Both the position numbers and the translations under genes were made by a program. A stretch of 64,000 nt of DNA from assembly GCA_001004105.1 (NCBI GenBank), contig LCQK01000002.1, forward strand, positions 75,419-139,418, given 5' to 3'. The stretch's first letter is position 1. Every line of letters begins with the position of its first letter. The notes beneath the pieces were generated by a model. That model was not told the DNA's origin. It saw nothing but the letters and a program-made list of their open reading frames with translations, and ran no database searches. Origin of the DNA: Candidatus Jorgensenbacteria bacterium GW2011_GWB1_50_10 (GTDB lineage: Bacteria > Patescibacteriota > Minisyncoccia > UBA6257 > GWB1-50-10). This document shows, in pieces, positions 17,791 to 27,925 of the stretch.

Positions 17791-19133
17791 TGGACAGTTC
17801 GGCTTACGGCGCCGGCTGGAATATTCGGCAAATAATCCCGCGGATTAATTGTAACACCAACCGGCACCAAACCGGCTGCCGGCGCGATGGATTTCAAACT
17901 CACGCTCGGCGTCCAGTAAAGCGTAAGGTGCAGGTGAGCGCCGTAGGAGTAGCCAGTGTCGCCGGAGTAGCCGATTGTGTCGCCTTTCATAATCCGCTCG
18001 CCTTTCTGGACGATTTGACGCGAGAGATGGGCGTAGATGCTCGTTAAACCGTTGTCGTGTTGAATCAAAACGTATTTGCCGTATTGGTATTTCAACCAAC
18101 GCGAGGTGCCACGGTCGTTGTTATCCACGGCGATGACTGTGCCGGTTTCAACCGCCATAATTGGTGTGCCGATCGGCGCCCGGAAATCAACGCCGTTGTG
18201 TGTCTTACTCCGGTATGCGCGCTGAGCGAAGGCCGTAGGGCCGAAGTCCTGCGTAAGATAGGGATTCTCCACCGGAAAACCGATAACGCCGGGACGTTTT
18301 ATCGGCAGCAAACTCGGGTCGAAAGATTTGCGGAGTTGGTCTTCATATTCGTCCATAATCTTGCTGATTTTCTCCTGCTGTTTGTCCAGTTCCGCGATTT
18401 GGGCTTGGTAGATTTTTTCCTGGTTTTTGGTTTGAGTGAGAACCGTGTTTTTGACGGTTTTCTGGGCCTGGACTATCTGCTGGCGATTCGTTAGATTGAC
18501 TCGTTCTCTTTCTTTCTGCGCCTGTTTTATCTGTTCCTCGCTTAATTTTTCCACCAAGTCCCCCTGATATTTACGGAGTTCTTCAGCGCTCGCGTTTAAA
18601 TCACTATTCAAGGTGGCGATAGATTGGGCTTCCGAGACGCTCTCGGCCAAACTCTGGTTTCGCAGGAAGATTATCAGGAAATTTTCCCGATCTTTTTGCT
18701 GGAGTTCCACCATAAGCCGCCCGATAGTCGCTTTTTTGTTGTCTATACTTTCCTCAATGCCTTTGATGTCGCCGCTTAGCGATTCTATTTCCAGCGCGAG
18801 TTTATCGAGCGTCACCTGATTCGCTTTGATGGAGAGATTAAGTTGACTGATGTTGTAGTCAATGGTTTTTAATTCCTTTTGGAGGGAACTTTTAAGAGAG
18901 CCGGTTTGTTCCAATTGTTCTTCAATCTTGGCGCGTTCCTCCATTAATTGCTGAAGCTCGGCGTTTTTGGCGTCAATCTGCGACCGTAAACTATCAGCCG
19001 TGGCGGCATTGCCGTTCCCACTCCCCTCCTCCGCGGTTTGCGAGAAGATCGGCGACGTTGAAATTAACCCGATTAATAGAATTATGAATAATGAATAACG
19101 AATTAATTTCATACCATCTCTTGAAGATAACAT
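17787..19133 (-). CDS. M23-family metallopeptidase with N-terminal coiled coil (EnvC-like)
   Basis: Long Q/E/K-rich coiled coil followed by LytM motifs: HNGVDF, TSIYAHLS, GAHLHLTL. Confidence 0.8.
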   Translation of the reverse strand: MLSSRDGMKLIRYSLFIILLIGLISTSPIFSQTAEEGSGNGNAATADSLRSQIDAKNAELQQLMEERAKIEEQLEQTGSLKSSLQKELKTIDYNISQLNLSIKANQVTLDKLALEIESLSGDIKGIEESIDNKKATIGRLMVELQQKDRENFLIIFLRNQSLAESVSEAQSIATLNSDLNASAEELRKYQGDLVEKLSEEQIKQAQKERERVNLTNRQQIVQAQKTVKNTVLTQTKNQEKIYQAQIAELDKQQEKISKIMDEYEDQLRKSFDPSLLPIKRPGVIGFPVENPYLTQDFGPTAFAQRAYRSKTHNGVDFRAPIGTPIMAVETGTVIAVDNNDRGTSRWLKYQYGKYVLIQHDNGLTSIYAHLSRQIVQKGERIMKGDTIGYSGDTGYSYGAHLHLTLYWTPSVSLKSIAPAAGLVPVGVTINPRDYLPNIPAGAVSRTVQ

Positions 19134-20794
19134 TTTTCACAGTAAACCGTTGGGAATTCCGATTCGGTATGGACGCTGTCAATTTCGGCGCCGCATTTGC
19201 CGCAGGTCCTCTTATGTAAAACGAGATGGTTGGCGATAAATTTCAGGCGTAAATGGTGCCTTTCAAATGGTGCCTCGCGCGGTATAGGCAGGTCAAACCT
19301 TCTGTAGAAAGCGAGTTCCATTGGTATAATCCGGTACGCCTTATCCGACGTTTCGCCCTTCAGCACCTTTTCAAAAATATCGTTTTTCACGTCGCGGATG
19401 TCATCTGGAATAACGTAATCCGAAAAATCGTATTTTTTGTCCGCTTCATAATCGTTCCAGTTAAATCCCCTCTTTATCGCTTCTTCTTTTGTGAGCGGAA
19501 AGTATTCGCAAGCCACCGTTTCGTTGTAGCCGTAAGGGGAAAGCTCATAAGGGAAAAACTCGCCATATTTGTAAATCCTCTCTCTTCTATCCGTATACGG
19601 TTTTTCGTTCATGTGCGCTATTATTTTCTCCCTTAATTTTTCATATTCTTCTTTGGGATATTGCTTGTTTAGGATGCAGAAGTTTTTGTTTCTCGCATTG
19701 ATGCAGCCAAAACAATCGTTGCAGTTGATGAGTAAGTGGGAATATTCAACGTTCGTTGATTCGCGGATAATGCTCGTTGAAAACTTCATATTGAAGAGTT
19801 TTTCCGAACCGGCCAAGAATTCATAGGCGAGTTCGCACCACCAAACCGAGGTGACGTCCATTGAATCTTTCACTTCCAGAGTAAAGAACATGTATTTTGA
19901 GTCCTCAGTTTTTTCCACGTTCCAGCACTCCTTGCAGTTTTTCGATTCTTTGATTTGGGTGCCGGTTACGTTTACCGATTTTTCGATGAAAGTCGCACGC
20001 TGGGGCTGGGTTTTCCAGAAAGACTCCGTCTGATCTTTGAGTTTTTTGAAATTTTTGTAGGAGCCCAGGCGATTTTCGCTCATGAATTTTTCAAATTCCT
20101 CTTTTGGAACCGGTTTGTTGAATACGTGATATTGTTTGTGCCGCAAGCCGGAGCAGCCGAAAATATTGCTGCAATTTCGGCAGTCAAAGGAAAAATAAGC
20201 GTCGCGGCAGTCGTAACAGAAAATGGAGTTAAAAACCTTGTATCCCCTCTCACTTAGAATTGTTCCGTAAGCGAACTGGCCGTTCATGTGCCAGAAATTG
20301 TCAAAGCAGTCCTTGCATTTCAGGACGTACTGATTGTAAGCGCAATCTTCGTTCAAGTGACCGCCGAAGTTAAGGTAGCAATTTTTATCGTCAAGTTCGT
20401 AATTAATCCAGGGGCTGTTGATTGAATTTTGCTGGAGGAGCGACAAGTGCGGGACGTCTTTTTGAAGTTCTTTCCATTGTTCAAAAAAAGTTTTTGAAAA
20501 ATTATATTCACGTCCATATTTCAAAGGATCCCACCCGTCCGAATAGAAGCAATCCGGGCAGTAGGTTTTGAAAGGCTTATCGGGCGAATACATGGCGATG
20601 ATTTCTTTTTTGCAAAGGTCGCAGGGGCGTTTGTAAAGACTGCGCTCGTTTCTTTGAGTAAATCTTCTCTGAAGCCGGCACTTTGGGCACCAAGTGGGTG
20701 CTGGAACATTGATTTTTTTGTAAAAATCAAAATCTTCCGCTTCTATCGTGAATTGTTGTTTGCAATTCTGACAGGTTTTGGTTTCGGCGTTCAT
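19109..20794 (-). CDS. Cys-rich protein, paralog A of an uncharacterised family (561 aa)
   Basis: N-terminus ETKTCQNCKQQF-IE-EDFDFYKKINVP-PTWCPKCRLQRR is shared with 23917..25677 and 25705..27459. Internal duplicated module C-DC...C-NCFGC-GLR-K-Y...NK-Y-KEEYEK. About 40 Cys. Confidence 0.6.
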   Translation of the reverse strand: MNAETKTCQNCKQQFTIEAEDFDFYKKINVPAPTWCPKCRLQRRFTQRNERSLYKRPCDLCKKEIIAMYSPDKPFKTYCPDCFYSDGWDPLKYGREYNFSKTFFEQWKELQKDVPHLSLLQQNSINSPWINYELDDKNCYLNFGGHLNEDCAYNQYVLKCKDCFDNFWHMNGQFAYGTILSERGYKVFNSIFCYDCRDAYFSFDCRNCSNIFGCSGLRHKQYHVFNKPVPKEEFEKFMSENRLGSYKNFKKLKDQTESFWKTQPQRATFIEKSVNVTGTQIKESKNCKECWNVEKTEDSKYMFFTLEVKDSMDVTSVWWCELAYEFLAGSEKLFNMKFSTSIIRESTNVEYSHLLINCNDCFGCINARNKNFCILNKQYPKEEYEKLREKIIAHMNEKPYTDRRERIYKYGEFFPYELSPYGYNETVACEYFPLTKEEAIKRGFNWNDYEADKKYDFSDYVIPDDIRDVKNDIFEKVLKGETSDKAYRIIPMELAFYRRFDLPIPREAPFERHHLRLKFIANHLVLHKRTCGKCGAEIDSVHTESEFPTVYCEKCYLQEMV

Positions 20795-21366
20795 ATTTTG
20801 TCAATTCTTTCGCCGCGGCCGAGGAGAAGCGCCGGATAGCCGGCATGATTTACCTCCAATGTTCCGCAGCCCAGATTTTTGAGAAAAGCTATCATCTCGT
20901 TCATTATTTCTTTATGGTCGGCGTGGTGCCTATCGCCGTAATATTCAATTTCAACGAAATCACCGAGATTTTTCACCGAATCCATTGCTATCTCGTAGTC
21001 CCTGTATCTCCAAATTTTCCGTTTTTTATCAACAACCGTCACCGGTTTGAAATTGAGATTTTCCAAAATCTTTCGCATTGTATCGATGCTCTCAATTTTC
21101 GTTTCAAATTCATCGGCGTAGAGCCCTCTCCCCTCTTTATCAAAATGCCACCGCTTGTAATTGACCGAATATTTGCCGTTGGAATCGCGGAGACGGAACC
21201 ATTCTTCAATTGGGCGCGGCGAAAGAAAATTGCGGTGAGCGGGCGTGAAATACTCGTCTACTTGATGGTTTTCCGACTCAAATTGCGCCTCTCTTTCCAA
21301 AAAATCCAAAAGCGGCTTGCTGTGCTTAAGTTTCGCCTGCAATTCAATTTCGGTTTCTTTATTCAT
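20791..21366 (-). CDS. CYTH-domain protein (class IV adenylate cyclase CyaB / triphosphatase family)
   Basis: EIE...K, WHFDKEG, YADEFETKI, VVDKKRKIWRY, DFVEIEY. Start assigned to the ATG (MNKETEIE). Confidence 0.55.
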   Translation of the reverse strand: MNKETEIELQAKLKHSKPLLDFLEREAQFESENHQVDEYFTPAHRNFLSPRPIEEWFRLRDSNGKYSVNYKRWHFDKEGRGLYADEFETKIESIDTMRKILENLNFKPVTVVDKKRKIWRYRDYEIAMDSVKNLGDFVEIEYYGDRHHADHKEIMNEMIAFLKNLGCGTLEVNHAGYPALLLGRGERIDKI

Positions 21367-21375
21367 ATCTCTACC

Positions 21376-21403
21376 ACTGAACAATTCGCGCGAATTGTTC
21401 AGT
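21376..21403. repeat. Perfect 28-nt palindrome ACTGAACAATTCGCGCGAATTGTTCAGT
   Basis: Read directly. Lies between the gltX stop and the CYTH gene start. Confidence 0.7.
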
Positions 21404-21407
21404 CATA

Positions 21408-22817
21408 TTAACCCAACTTTTTAATTGCCTTACCTATCCTCTTTAACGATTCTGTCTTGCCGAGGACTTTTAGGATTTCAATCGGTCCTGGTGAGGCGTC
21501 TTGGCCGGAGAGAGCCGCGCGAAGGGGCCATAAAACCTCGCCTCTCCCCTCTTTTTCGGCCAAGGCCAGAATTTCCGGCTCTGGCGAGGCGGAATTTTTG
21601 GTGATGTCGTGGACGGATTTTAAATTAGCCAAAATTCTTTCTTTAGGGGTCTCTTTCCAGATTAAAAGTTTGGCGTCATAGTCGGGCAAGCCAAAAAAGA
21701 AAGCCGCCATATCCTTGAAGCCTTTCAGATTTTTAATCCTTTCTTTTTCGGTTTCTATGATGTTTTGGAGCACTTTCTTTTTTGCGAGCCACGTCTTCGG
21801 CACGAAAGGTTTCAACTTTTCCATAAGTTCTTCAGTTTTCGCGGTTTTGATGTAGTGGGCATTCAGCCAGTTGAGTTTTTCTTCGTTGAAAACCGCGCCG
21901 CCTTTTTGGACGCGTTCCAGCGTAAATTCTTTTACCAAATCTTGCCGATTTATCACTTCCCTGTCCTCTCTGGGGTGCCAGCCGAGGAGGGCCAGGAAAT
22001 TGAGCATCGCCTCCGCCAAGTACCCTTCTTTTTTATAATCGTTCAGGGACGTTTCCAGGCGCCGCTTGGAAAGTTTCTGACGGCCGGTGCCCAAAATTAG
22101 CGGCAGATGGGCGAATTGCGGTCCCTCAAGTCCAAGCGCTTCCTGAATCACAATCTGTTTCGGCGTGTTGGAGATGTGGTCCTCGCCCCTTATTACGTGG
22201 CTAATGTTGGTCAAGACGTCGTCCACCGAGGCGGCGAAATTATAGAGCGGCTCGCGGAGACTCTTGGCGATAATCACGTCGCCCACGAGCGCCATATCAA
22301 ACTCAATTTTGCCTTTCACAAGGTCGTTGAACGACACTTTTTTCTCGGGCATCCGGATGCGAATCACGGCTTTCCCGCTTTTTTTGATTCTCGCATCCGC
22401 CTCGTCCGGCGGAAGATGGCGGCAGCGGCCGCCGTATTTGGGCGCAAATCCTTGGGAGAGCTGGTTTTGTCTTTCTGCTTCCAACTCTTCCGGCGTGCAG
22501 AAACACCAGTAGGCCTTTTTTTCGTTAAGAAGTTTCTGTAAGCTCTCGGCGTAAATTTCCAGGCGTTCGCTCTGCCTTATCGGTTCTTCGTCGGGTTCAA
22601 GCCCGAGCCAAACAAGGCCTTCCAAAATGTCTTTTTCAAATTCTTTTTTGGAGCGTTCTTTGTCGGTATCCTCGATTCTCACGAGGAATTTCCCGCCCTC
22701 GTGTCTGGCGAAAAGCCAGTTGAAAAGCGCCGCCCGGGCGTTCCCCAAGTGGAGCGGGCCGGTCGGTGACGGCGCAAAACGCACCCTAATCTCTCTTTTT
22801 GGACCGGGGTTCATCAC
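21408..22817 (-). CDS. gltX: Glutamate--tRNA ligase
   Basis: VRFAPSPTGPLHLGNARAALFNW (HIGH region). KLSKR (KMSKS). 469 aa. Confidence 0.9.
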   Translation of the reverse strand: MMNPGPKREIRVRFAPSPTGPLHLGNARAALFNWLFARHEGGKFLVRIEDTDKERSKKEFEKDILEGLVWLGLEPDEEPIRQSERLEIYAESLQKLLNEKKAYWCFCTPEELEAERQNQLSQGFAPKYGGRCRHLPPDEADARIKKSGKAVIRIRMPEKKVSFNDLVKGKIEFDMALVGDVIIAKSLREPLYNFAASVDDVLTNISHVIRGEDHISNTPKQIVIQEALGLEGPQFAHLPLILGTGRQKLSKRRLETSLNDYKKEGYLAEAMLNFLALLGWHPREDREVINRQDLVKEFTLERVQKGGAVFNEEKLNWLNAHYIKTAKTEELMEKLKPFVPKTWLAKKKVLQNIIETEKERIKNLKGFKDMAAFFFGLPDYDAKLLIWKETPKERILANLKSVHDITKNSASPEPEILALAEKEGRGEVLWPLRAALSGQDASPGPIEILKVLGKTESLKRIGKAIKKLG

Positions 22818-22837
22818 CCCTAATTATGCAATAAATT

Positions 22838-23920
22838 CTACTCTTTTTGAAGTATTTGGAGCAGTTTTTCGGCGATTGTGGAGGCGGCATCGGGCTTGGC
22901 GAAATTTTTAGCAGCCACACACATTGTTCTGGCGCGTTTTTTGTCCTTCATAATTTTTTCAATTTCGGTTTTCATGGTCGGCCAGTTTAAATTGTTTTCT
23001 TCCACAACGATTGCCGCGCCGGTTGCGGCATATTCGTAGGCATTCGCTTTTTGATGATTACTTGCCGATTCTTCTATCGGAATGAGGATAGAGGGTTTGC
23101 CGAAGGCGGCGATTTCAAAAATAGCGGCGGCCCCAGAGCGAGAAATTACCAAAGCGGTTTCCGAAAGTGCCTGCCCCAATTCCGCCGCGTTCAAAAAAGC
23201 CACCGGCCGGTAGTTTTTGGTGGCGCTATAATTAATTATAGCGCCTGAATTATTCTCTCCGGTTTGATGGATGACTTTACCGAATTTCAACAACTCTTTG
23301 AGGTTCGTGGAAATAAATGAATTGATGCGGGTTGCGCCCTGTGAACCGCCAAGGATAAGAATAGACATTCCAACATTCTTAAGAATGTTGGAATGTTGTG
23401 GGTTTGTTGCTTTCTCTACGAGTTCGGAACGGATGGGGTTGCCGACCACCTCGGTTTTGTTTTTCGGGAAATATTTAGCGGCAGCCGCAAAGGCGAGAAA
23501 TATTTTTTCGGCAAAGACGGCGGAGATGCGGTTGGTAAACCCCGGCACGGCGTCGGAGTCGTGAATCACGACCGGTATGAAAAAGCATTTGGCAGCAAGA
23601 ACGACCGGCAAGGCGCCGGGACCGCCCTTGGAAAAAACCAAACTAGGCTGCAAATAGAAAATATGGGCGATGGACTGCAAAATACTCCAGAAAAATTTGA
23701 AAATATCCGTGAAATTCTCCCAATCAAAATAGCGCCGAAACTTGCTTGAAGCAATCGGGAGAATTTTAATGCCTCTTTTTGCAAATTCGGCGTTCAAAGG
23801 GTGATTCGGACCGATGTAGAATAATTCCACCCCCCCGTTCTTTTGCAGTTCCTCCGCGACCGCAAGGAGCGGAAAAATGTGCCCTCCCGTCCCGCCCCCT
23901 GTTAATACGATTTTTTTCAT
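22838..23920 (-). CDS. murG: UDP-N-acetylglucosamine--N-acetylmuramyl-(pentapeptide) pyrophosphoryl-undecaprenol N-acetylglucosamine transferase
   Basis: N-terminal LTGGGTGGHIFPLLAVAEEL. C-terminal GASELAA-like region. 360 aa. Contains the 24-nt palindrome at 23222-23245. Confidence 0.85.
   Translation of the reverse strand: MKKIVLTGGGTGGHIFPLLAVAEELQKNGGVELFYIGPNHPLNAEFAKRGIKILPIASSKFRRYFDWENFTDIFKFFWSILQSIAHIFYLQPSLVFSKGGPGALPVVLAAKCFFIPVVIHDSDAVPGFTNRISAVFAEKIFLAFAAAAKYFPKNKTEVVGNPIRSELVEKATNPQHSNILKNVGMSILILGGSQGATRINSFISTNLKELLKFGKVIHQTGENNSGAIINYSATKNYRPVAFLNAAELGQALSETALVISRSGAAAIFEIAAFGKPSILIPIEESASNHQKANAYEYAATGAAIVVEENNLNWPTMKTEIEKIMKDKKRARTMCVAAKNFAKPDAASTIAEKLLQILQKE
23222..23245. 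repeat. Perfect 24-nt palindrome GGCGCTATAATTAATTATAGCGCC inside murG (encodes GAIINYSA)
   Basis: Identical to 16613-16636. Confidence 0.85.
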
Positions 23921-25677
23921 ACTACTTCTGCGTTATAACACTGCTCGCAGTAAATGATATCCGGCCGCTCTGGAGCATAGGAGGTTTCAAATTTATTGGG
24001 ACAATAACCCTCTTCATGAGAGTGTTTTACGGTGTTCTTGTATATGCCGTTTTCCGAGGTATCTCCTGCACATTGGCACACTCGTGCATACAACTTCGCC
24101 CGGTTTCTTTGACTGATGCGGCTCCAGTGGCGACAGTCAACGCACGTTCGAGGCGCAGGAACGCTATTTTGTTTTAAGAATTGGATCTCCTGAGGAATGA
24201 TTCGGTATGCACGGCCGCACTCCGCGCATTTTATGACTTCCTTGCTGATTTCATCAGAGATATCGGCTATGGCATCAGGTAGATCAGTTGCATTCATCGT
24301 GGTTTGGTACTCGGTGGGGCTGGGATTACTCCATCTGAAACCTTGGGCCGCCGCTTCTTCTTTTGTAAGTGGGAAATGTTCCGGCGTAATTGTTTGATCG
24401 TAGGCAAATGGAGAGAATTCCGGCGGGAAGAATTCTCCGTAGCGATATTCCCTGCCCATAGCATCTTTGTATGGCATCACATTCATATGGGCGATAATTT
24501 TTTCCCGTAAGACGAAATAATCTTCTCTCGAATATTGTTTGTTTAAAATGCAATATTTTTTATTTCGCATACCGGCGCAGCCGAAAAGATTTGAGGACGA
24601 CTTGCAAAACATGCAATATTCAAGATCGTAAGCGTTTGACCAGCATTCGAAACAAAACTTTAAACGACCTCCCTGCCAGCCGCACACAGAGCCTTCGTAA
24701 ATAAGGTCCATGCCCCAGCCAGCGATGCTTGCATCGTACGAATCTTTTCCCGGAGGCACCTGAATATATTGGCAATATTTCAAATCTTCGCCCTCGCGCA
24801 CAAGATAGCTGTTCTTCGTATTTTTTGAGTGGGTGATAAATTCACCGCTCACATTCGTGTTTTGAATGCCTTGCAAGAATTTATTCGGAAATTGAATCCA
24901 AAAACTCCGCGCTTCAAGAGAGACCCTTGAGAAACCGCTCCACGTACTAAGATTCATCGCTTTGAGTTTCGTTTCGTACTCTTCCTTCGAATACTGCACA
25001 TTGAAGATGCGGTATTTTTGCATTCTAAGATTCACGCACCCGAAGCAATCACTGCATCCCCGGCAATCTCTGGAGAACCAGACATCATTACAATCCTCGC
25101 AGCGAGACGAGAAATGGGTTTCGTAGCACTTCGTAAGCCAAAACGAACCATAACACCGTTCGCATTTCTGGAGGTGCGAGTTGTCCACGCAACTTTTACA
25201 GCTGTCTATTGCGTTCCCATAGGCGCTGTCTTCGGTGTGATTGGAATTAAACAGAAGATAACAATTTTTGAGTTCAGCCGCATTCGCTGAATATTCGCTG
25301 TTCACCATATTCAGCACGCTTGCATGTGCCTTCGGAACTTTCTTATTTAGTTCATGGAGCTGGGCCAAGAACGGACGCGAGAAATCGACTTCCTGACCGT
25401 ATTTCGCCGGATCCCAAACGTCAGTATTCCATTCCTCGTCTTTATACAGAGTATAGCCGGCTTCAGGAGGATACAAGGTCAGGATATTTTCCTGAGATAA
25501 CGCGCTTTTTCCCCGAAAGAGCTTTCTTTCGTTTCTAAATATCGCGCGCCGTTGGAACCTGCACTCCGGGCACCATGTCGGTGGAGGGACATTGATTTTT
25601 TTATAAAAATTAAAATCCTCCGGCTCTATTATGAATTGATTCTTGCAGTTCTGACAGGTTTTAGTCTCGGTATTCAT
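23917..25677 (-). CDS. Cys-rich protein, paralog B (586 aa)
   Basis: Shares the N-terminal ETKTCQNCK...CPECRFQRR and C-terminal ...YCEQCYNAEVV with paralog C. Confidence 0.6.
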   Translation of the reverse strand: MNTETKTCQNCKNQFIIEPEDFNFYKKINVPPPTWCPECRFQRRAIFRNERKLFRGKSALSQENILTLYPPEAGYTLYKDEEWNTDVWDPAKYGQEVDFSRPFLAQLHELNKKVPKAHASVLNMVNSEYSANAAELKNCYLLFNSNHTEDSAYGNAIDSCKSCVDNSHLQKCERCYGSFWLTKCYETHFSSRCEDCNDVWFSRDCRGCSDCFGCVNLRMQKYRIFNVQYSKEEYETKLKAMNLSTWSGFSRVSLEARSFWIQFPNKFLQGIQNTNVSGEFITHSKNTKNSYLVREGEDLKYCQYIQVPPGKDSYDASIAGWGMDLIYEGSVCGWQGGRLKFCFECWSNAYDLEYCMFCKSSSNLFGCAGMRNKKYCILNKQYSREDYFVLREKIIAHMNVMPYKDAMGREYRYGEFFPPEFSPFAYDQTITPEHFPLTKEEAAAQGFRWSNPSPTEYQTTMNATDLPDAIADISDEISKEVIKCAECGRAYRIIPQEIQFLKQNSVPAPRTCVDCRHWSRISQRNRAKLYARVCQCAGDTSENGIYKNTVKHSHEEGYCPNKFETSYAPERPDIIYCEQCYNAEVV

Positions 25678-25689
25678 CGTCTCAATTTT

Positions 25690-25713
25690 GGGTGGTATGA
25701 CATGTCATACCAC
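25690..25713. repeat. Perfect 24-nt palindrome GGTGGTATGACATGTCATACCACC between Cys-rich paralogs C and B
   Basis: Read directly. Hybrid of the GGTGGTAT...ATACCACC arms and the TATGACATGTCATA core. Confidence 0.8.
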
Positions 25714-27459
25714 CTCGGCATTGTAACATTGTTCACAGTACACAATTTCCGGCCTTTCGGGAGAGTAGCTTGTTTCGAATTCGTTAGGACACGCCTCCGT
25801 TCCGTGAAAATGAAAAGCGGTGTTTTGGTAAACTCCTTTTCCCGATTTTTCTCCGGCACAGGTGCATTTGCGGTGCCAGAGTTTTCTGGGATTGCGCATT
25901 GAAAAACGGTCGGTCCGACGGCACGGAAAACACTTTGCCGGTACCGGGACGCGGAGCTTTCGATATAGATCGAGTTCCAGAGGAATAAGCTTAAAAGCCG
26001 TCGCACACAACGGGTGGGTCTTCTTTTCTCCTTCGGAGTCCTGCGTTGCGCATTTGATGACTTGATTCAATATAGAGTCATCGGTTTCAGAAATTTTTTG
26101 CGGCACTTCAGAGGCACGCATTGTGGATTGGTATTCTCTCTCAGTGCGGTCATGCCAGGGTAATCCTTGTTTTTTAGCTTCGTCACGCATCAATGGGAAA
26201 AAATCTTGGGTTACCGATTCATTGTAGGCAAACGGAGATGTATTGGCTGGAAAATATTCACCCCATTCCCCCGTTTTCTTCATATGCTCAATGATTTTAT
26301 CTTTGAGTTTGAAATACTCATCTTTTGTATATTGTTTATTCAAAATACAAAATCCTTTTTGCCTTACGCCAAAACAACCGAAACAATCACTGCTTGAAAA
26401 GCACATATCGCAATAATAGCTGTCGGTCATTGTCCAGGAGCTGCGAATTGCCATGCAATTTCGCAAATAGGCGCACCCTTGAAGCTCATGGCAACGCTCA
26501 GCTTCCAATATTTCAGTTGAATCAAAACAATCCGTCATTTTCCAGGCGTCTTGGAGATAAGCGGTTTCTTTATTCTCGCGACAGTTGAAATCAAAACGGG
26601 CGCGCTCAGTGTTTTCCAGATAATCGCCAGTGGAATTATAAGATTTTGCGCCGTGATAGAATTTGCGCGGCATTGTAAGAGCAAATTTAGCCGTCTCCTG
26701 ACGAGCAGTGATTATAGCGTTACGGCTCCAATCGAATTCCCTCAAACGTTTTTCGTACTCTTCTTTTGAGAGCTGCTTGTTCAGCCAAAAATATTGTTTG
26801 TTGCGAAGACCAACGCAACCGAAACAATTGTTGCAACCGCGAAGGTCGATGCAGAACGACAATTCCACTGAATCAAAACAGTCCTGACACCACACGCATC
26901 GGGAGCAACGGCCGCAGTTAATGCACTCGTAGCATAATTCGCTTTTTTCGATCATGTAGCAATCAGCCGAGAAGTAGCTGCCCGGCTGAAACCAATTGCC
27001 GTACATGCATTTCTCGCTGCCGCCCGTAGCCGAGCACATATAACAATCCTTGTTGTCCTGCGATTGATTTGTGTACTCGCTATTGACGCTGTTGGAATTC
27101 ACTAAAGCAAGGTGAGGCACTACGCGGCGGAGATTCTCGTATTGTTCAAAAAATGGCCGGTTGAAATCAAAATCCCGGCTGTAAGACAAGGGATCCCACG
27201 CGTCCGATTTCCATACCTCCTGTTTATATACCGGGAATGGCGCGTCCGGACGATAAATAGAGACAATGGTTTCACCGGTAAAATTACATTTCCTCTGGTA
27301 TAAACTCCACTCATTCCTATCTAATAATCTCCTTCGATAGCGGCAATCCGGACAGAATGTCGGCGGCGGGACGTTGATTTTCTTGTAAAAATCGAAATCT
27401 TCCGGTTCGATTACAAAGTTTTGTTTGCAGTTTTGGCAGGTTTTGGTTTCTGAACTCAT
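25705..27459 (-). CDS. Cys-rich protein, paralog C (about 584 aa from MSSETKTC)
   Basis: Start moved to the Met homologous to paralogs A/B (MSSETKTCQNCKQNF). The track ORF extends to 27486. Confidence 0.6.
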   Translation of the reverse strand: MSSETKTCQNCKQNFVIEPEDFDFYKKINVPPPTFCPDCRYRRRLLDRNEWSLYQRKCNFTGETIVSIYRPDAPFPVYKQEVWKSDAWDPLSYSRDFDFNRPFFEQYENLRRVVPHLALVNSNSVNSEYTNQSQDNKDCYMCSATGGSEKCMYGNWFQPGSYFSADCYMIEKSELCYECINCGRCSRCVWCQDCFDSVELSFCIDLRGCNNCFGCVGLRNKQYFWLNKQLSKEEYEKRLREFDWSRNAIITARQETAKFALTMPRKFYHGAKSYNSTGDYLENTERARFDFNCRENKETAYLQDAWKMTDCFDSTEILEAERCHELQGCAYLRNCMAIRSSWTMTDSYYCDMCFSSSDCFGCFGVRQKGFCILNKQYTKDEYFKLKDKIIEHMKKTGEWGEYFPANTSPFAYNESVTQDFFPLMRDEAKKQGLPWHDRTEREYQSTMRASEVPQKISETDDSILNQVIKCATQDSEGEKKTHPLCATAFKLIPLELDLYRKLRVPVPAKCFPCRRTDRFSMRNPRKLWHRKCTCAGEKSGKGVYQNTAFHFHGTEACPNEFETSYSPERPEIVYCEQCYNAEVV

Positions 27460-27500
27460 TTTATTTATTGAAATTATACCACCCAATGTTAATAACCGAT

Positions 27501-27524
27501 GGTGATATGACGCGTCATATCACC
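27501..27524. repeat. Perfect 24-nt palindrome GGTGATATGACGCGTCATATCACC
   Basis: Lies between the HTH gene stop and the paralog C start. Confidence 0.8.
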
Positions 27525-27907
27525 TAATAATGATGCATGTAGACTTTTCCGTATTTAGTGCGGCGGTAGTATCTGTAAGGTTTCTTTTTTGAGGGATGAC
27601 TGCCGTATATTTTCTTTTTCCGCTCTGTCTTGCTCCTCTCCCGGTAACTTCTGTAATCGCCCTCTCTCAAAGCTTTTTTGATGCTGCTTACAGTTTGAAG
27701 CGAGAGTCCCATTTCCCTGGCAATTTGTCTGAATCTTTTCCCTGAGTTAATTCCCTCTCTTACCGCGGCTCGCATCACTAAGTTATGGCGTTCATAAGAG
27801 GTGACTAAGGACTTTAATAGAGTTTTTGATTTTAGCATTTCCTGCCAGCAAGCGGTTTCCCATTCTTTACGGGAAGAAAAACGGTTAAGAGACGGTAATT
27901 TAAACAT
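27524..27907 (-). CDS. Small basic helix-turn-helix protein (putative DNA-binding regulator)
   Basis: GKRFRQIAREMGLSLQTVSSIKKALRE is a resolvase/sigma-r4-type HTH. Basic K/R/Y-rich tail. Confidence 0.5.
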   Translation of the reverse strand: MFKLPSLNRFSSRKEWETACWQEMLKSKTLLKSLVTSYERHNLVMRAAVREGINSGKRFRQIAREMGLSLQTVSSIKKALREGDYRSYRERSKTERKKKIYGSHPSKKKPYRYYRRTKYGKVYMHHY

Positions 27908-27925
27908 TTATTAAGTTTAACATAT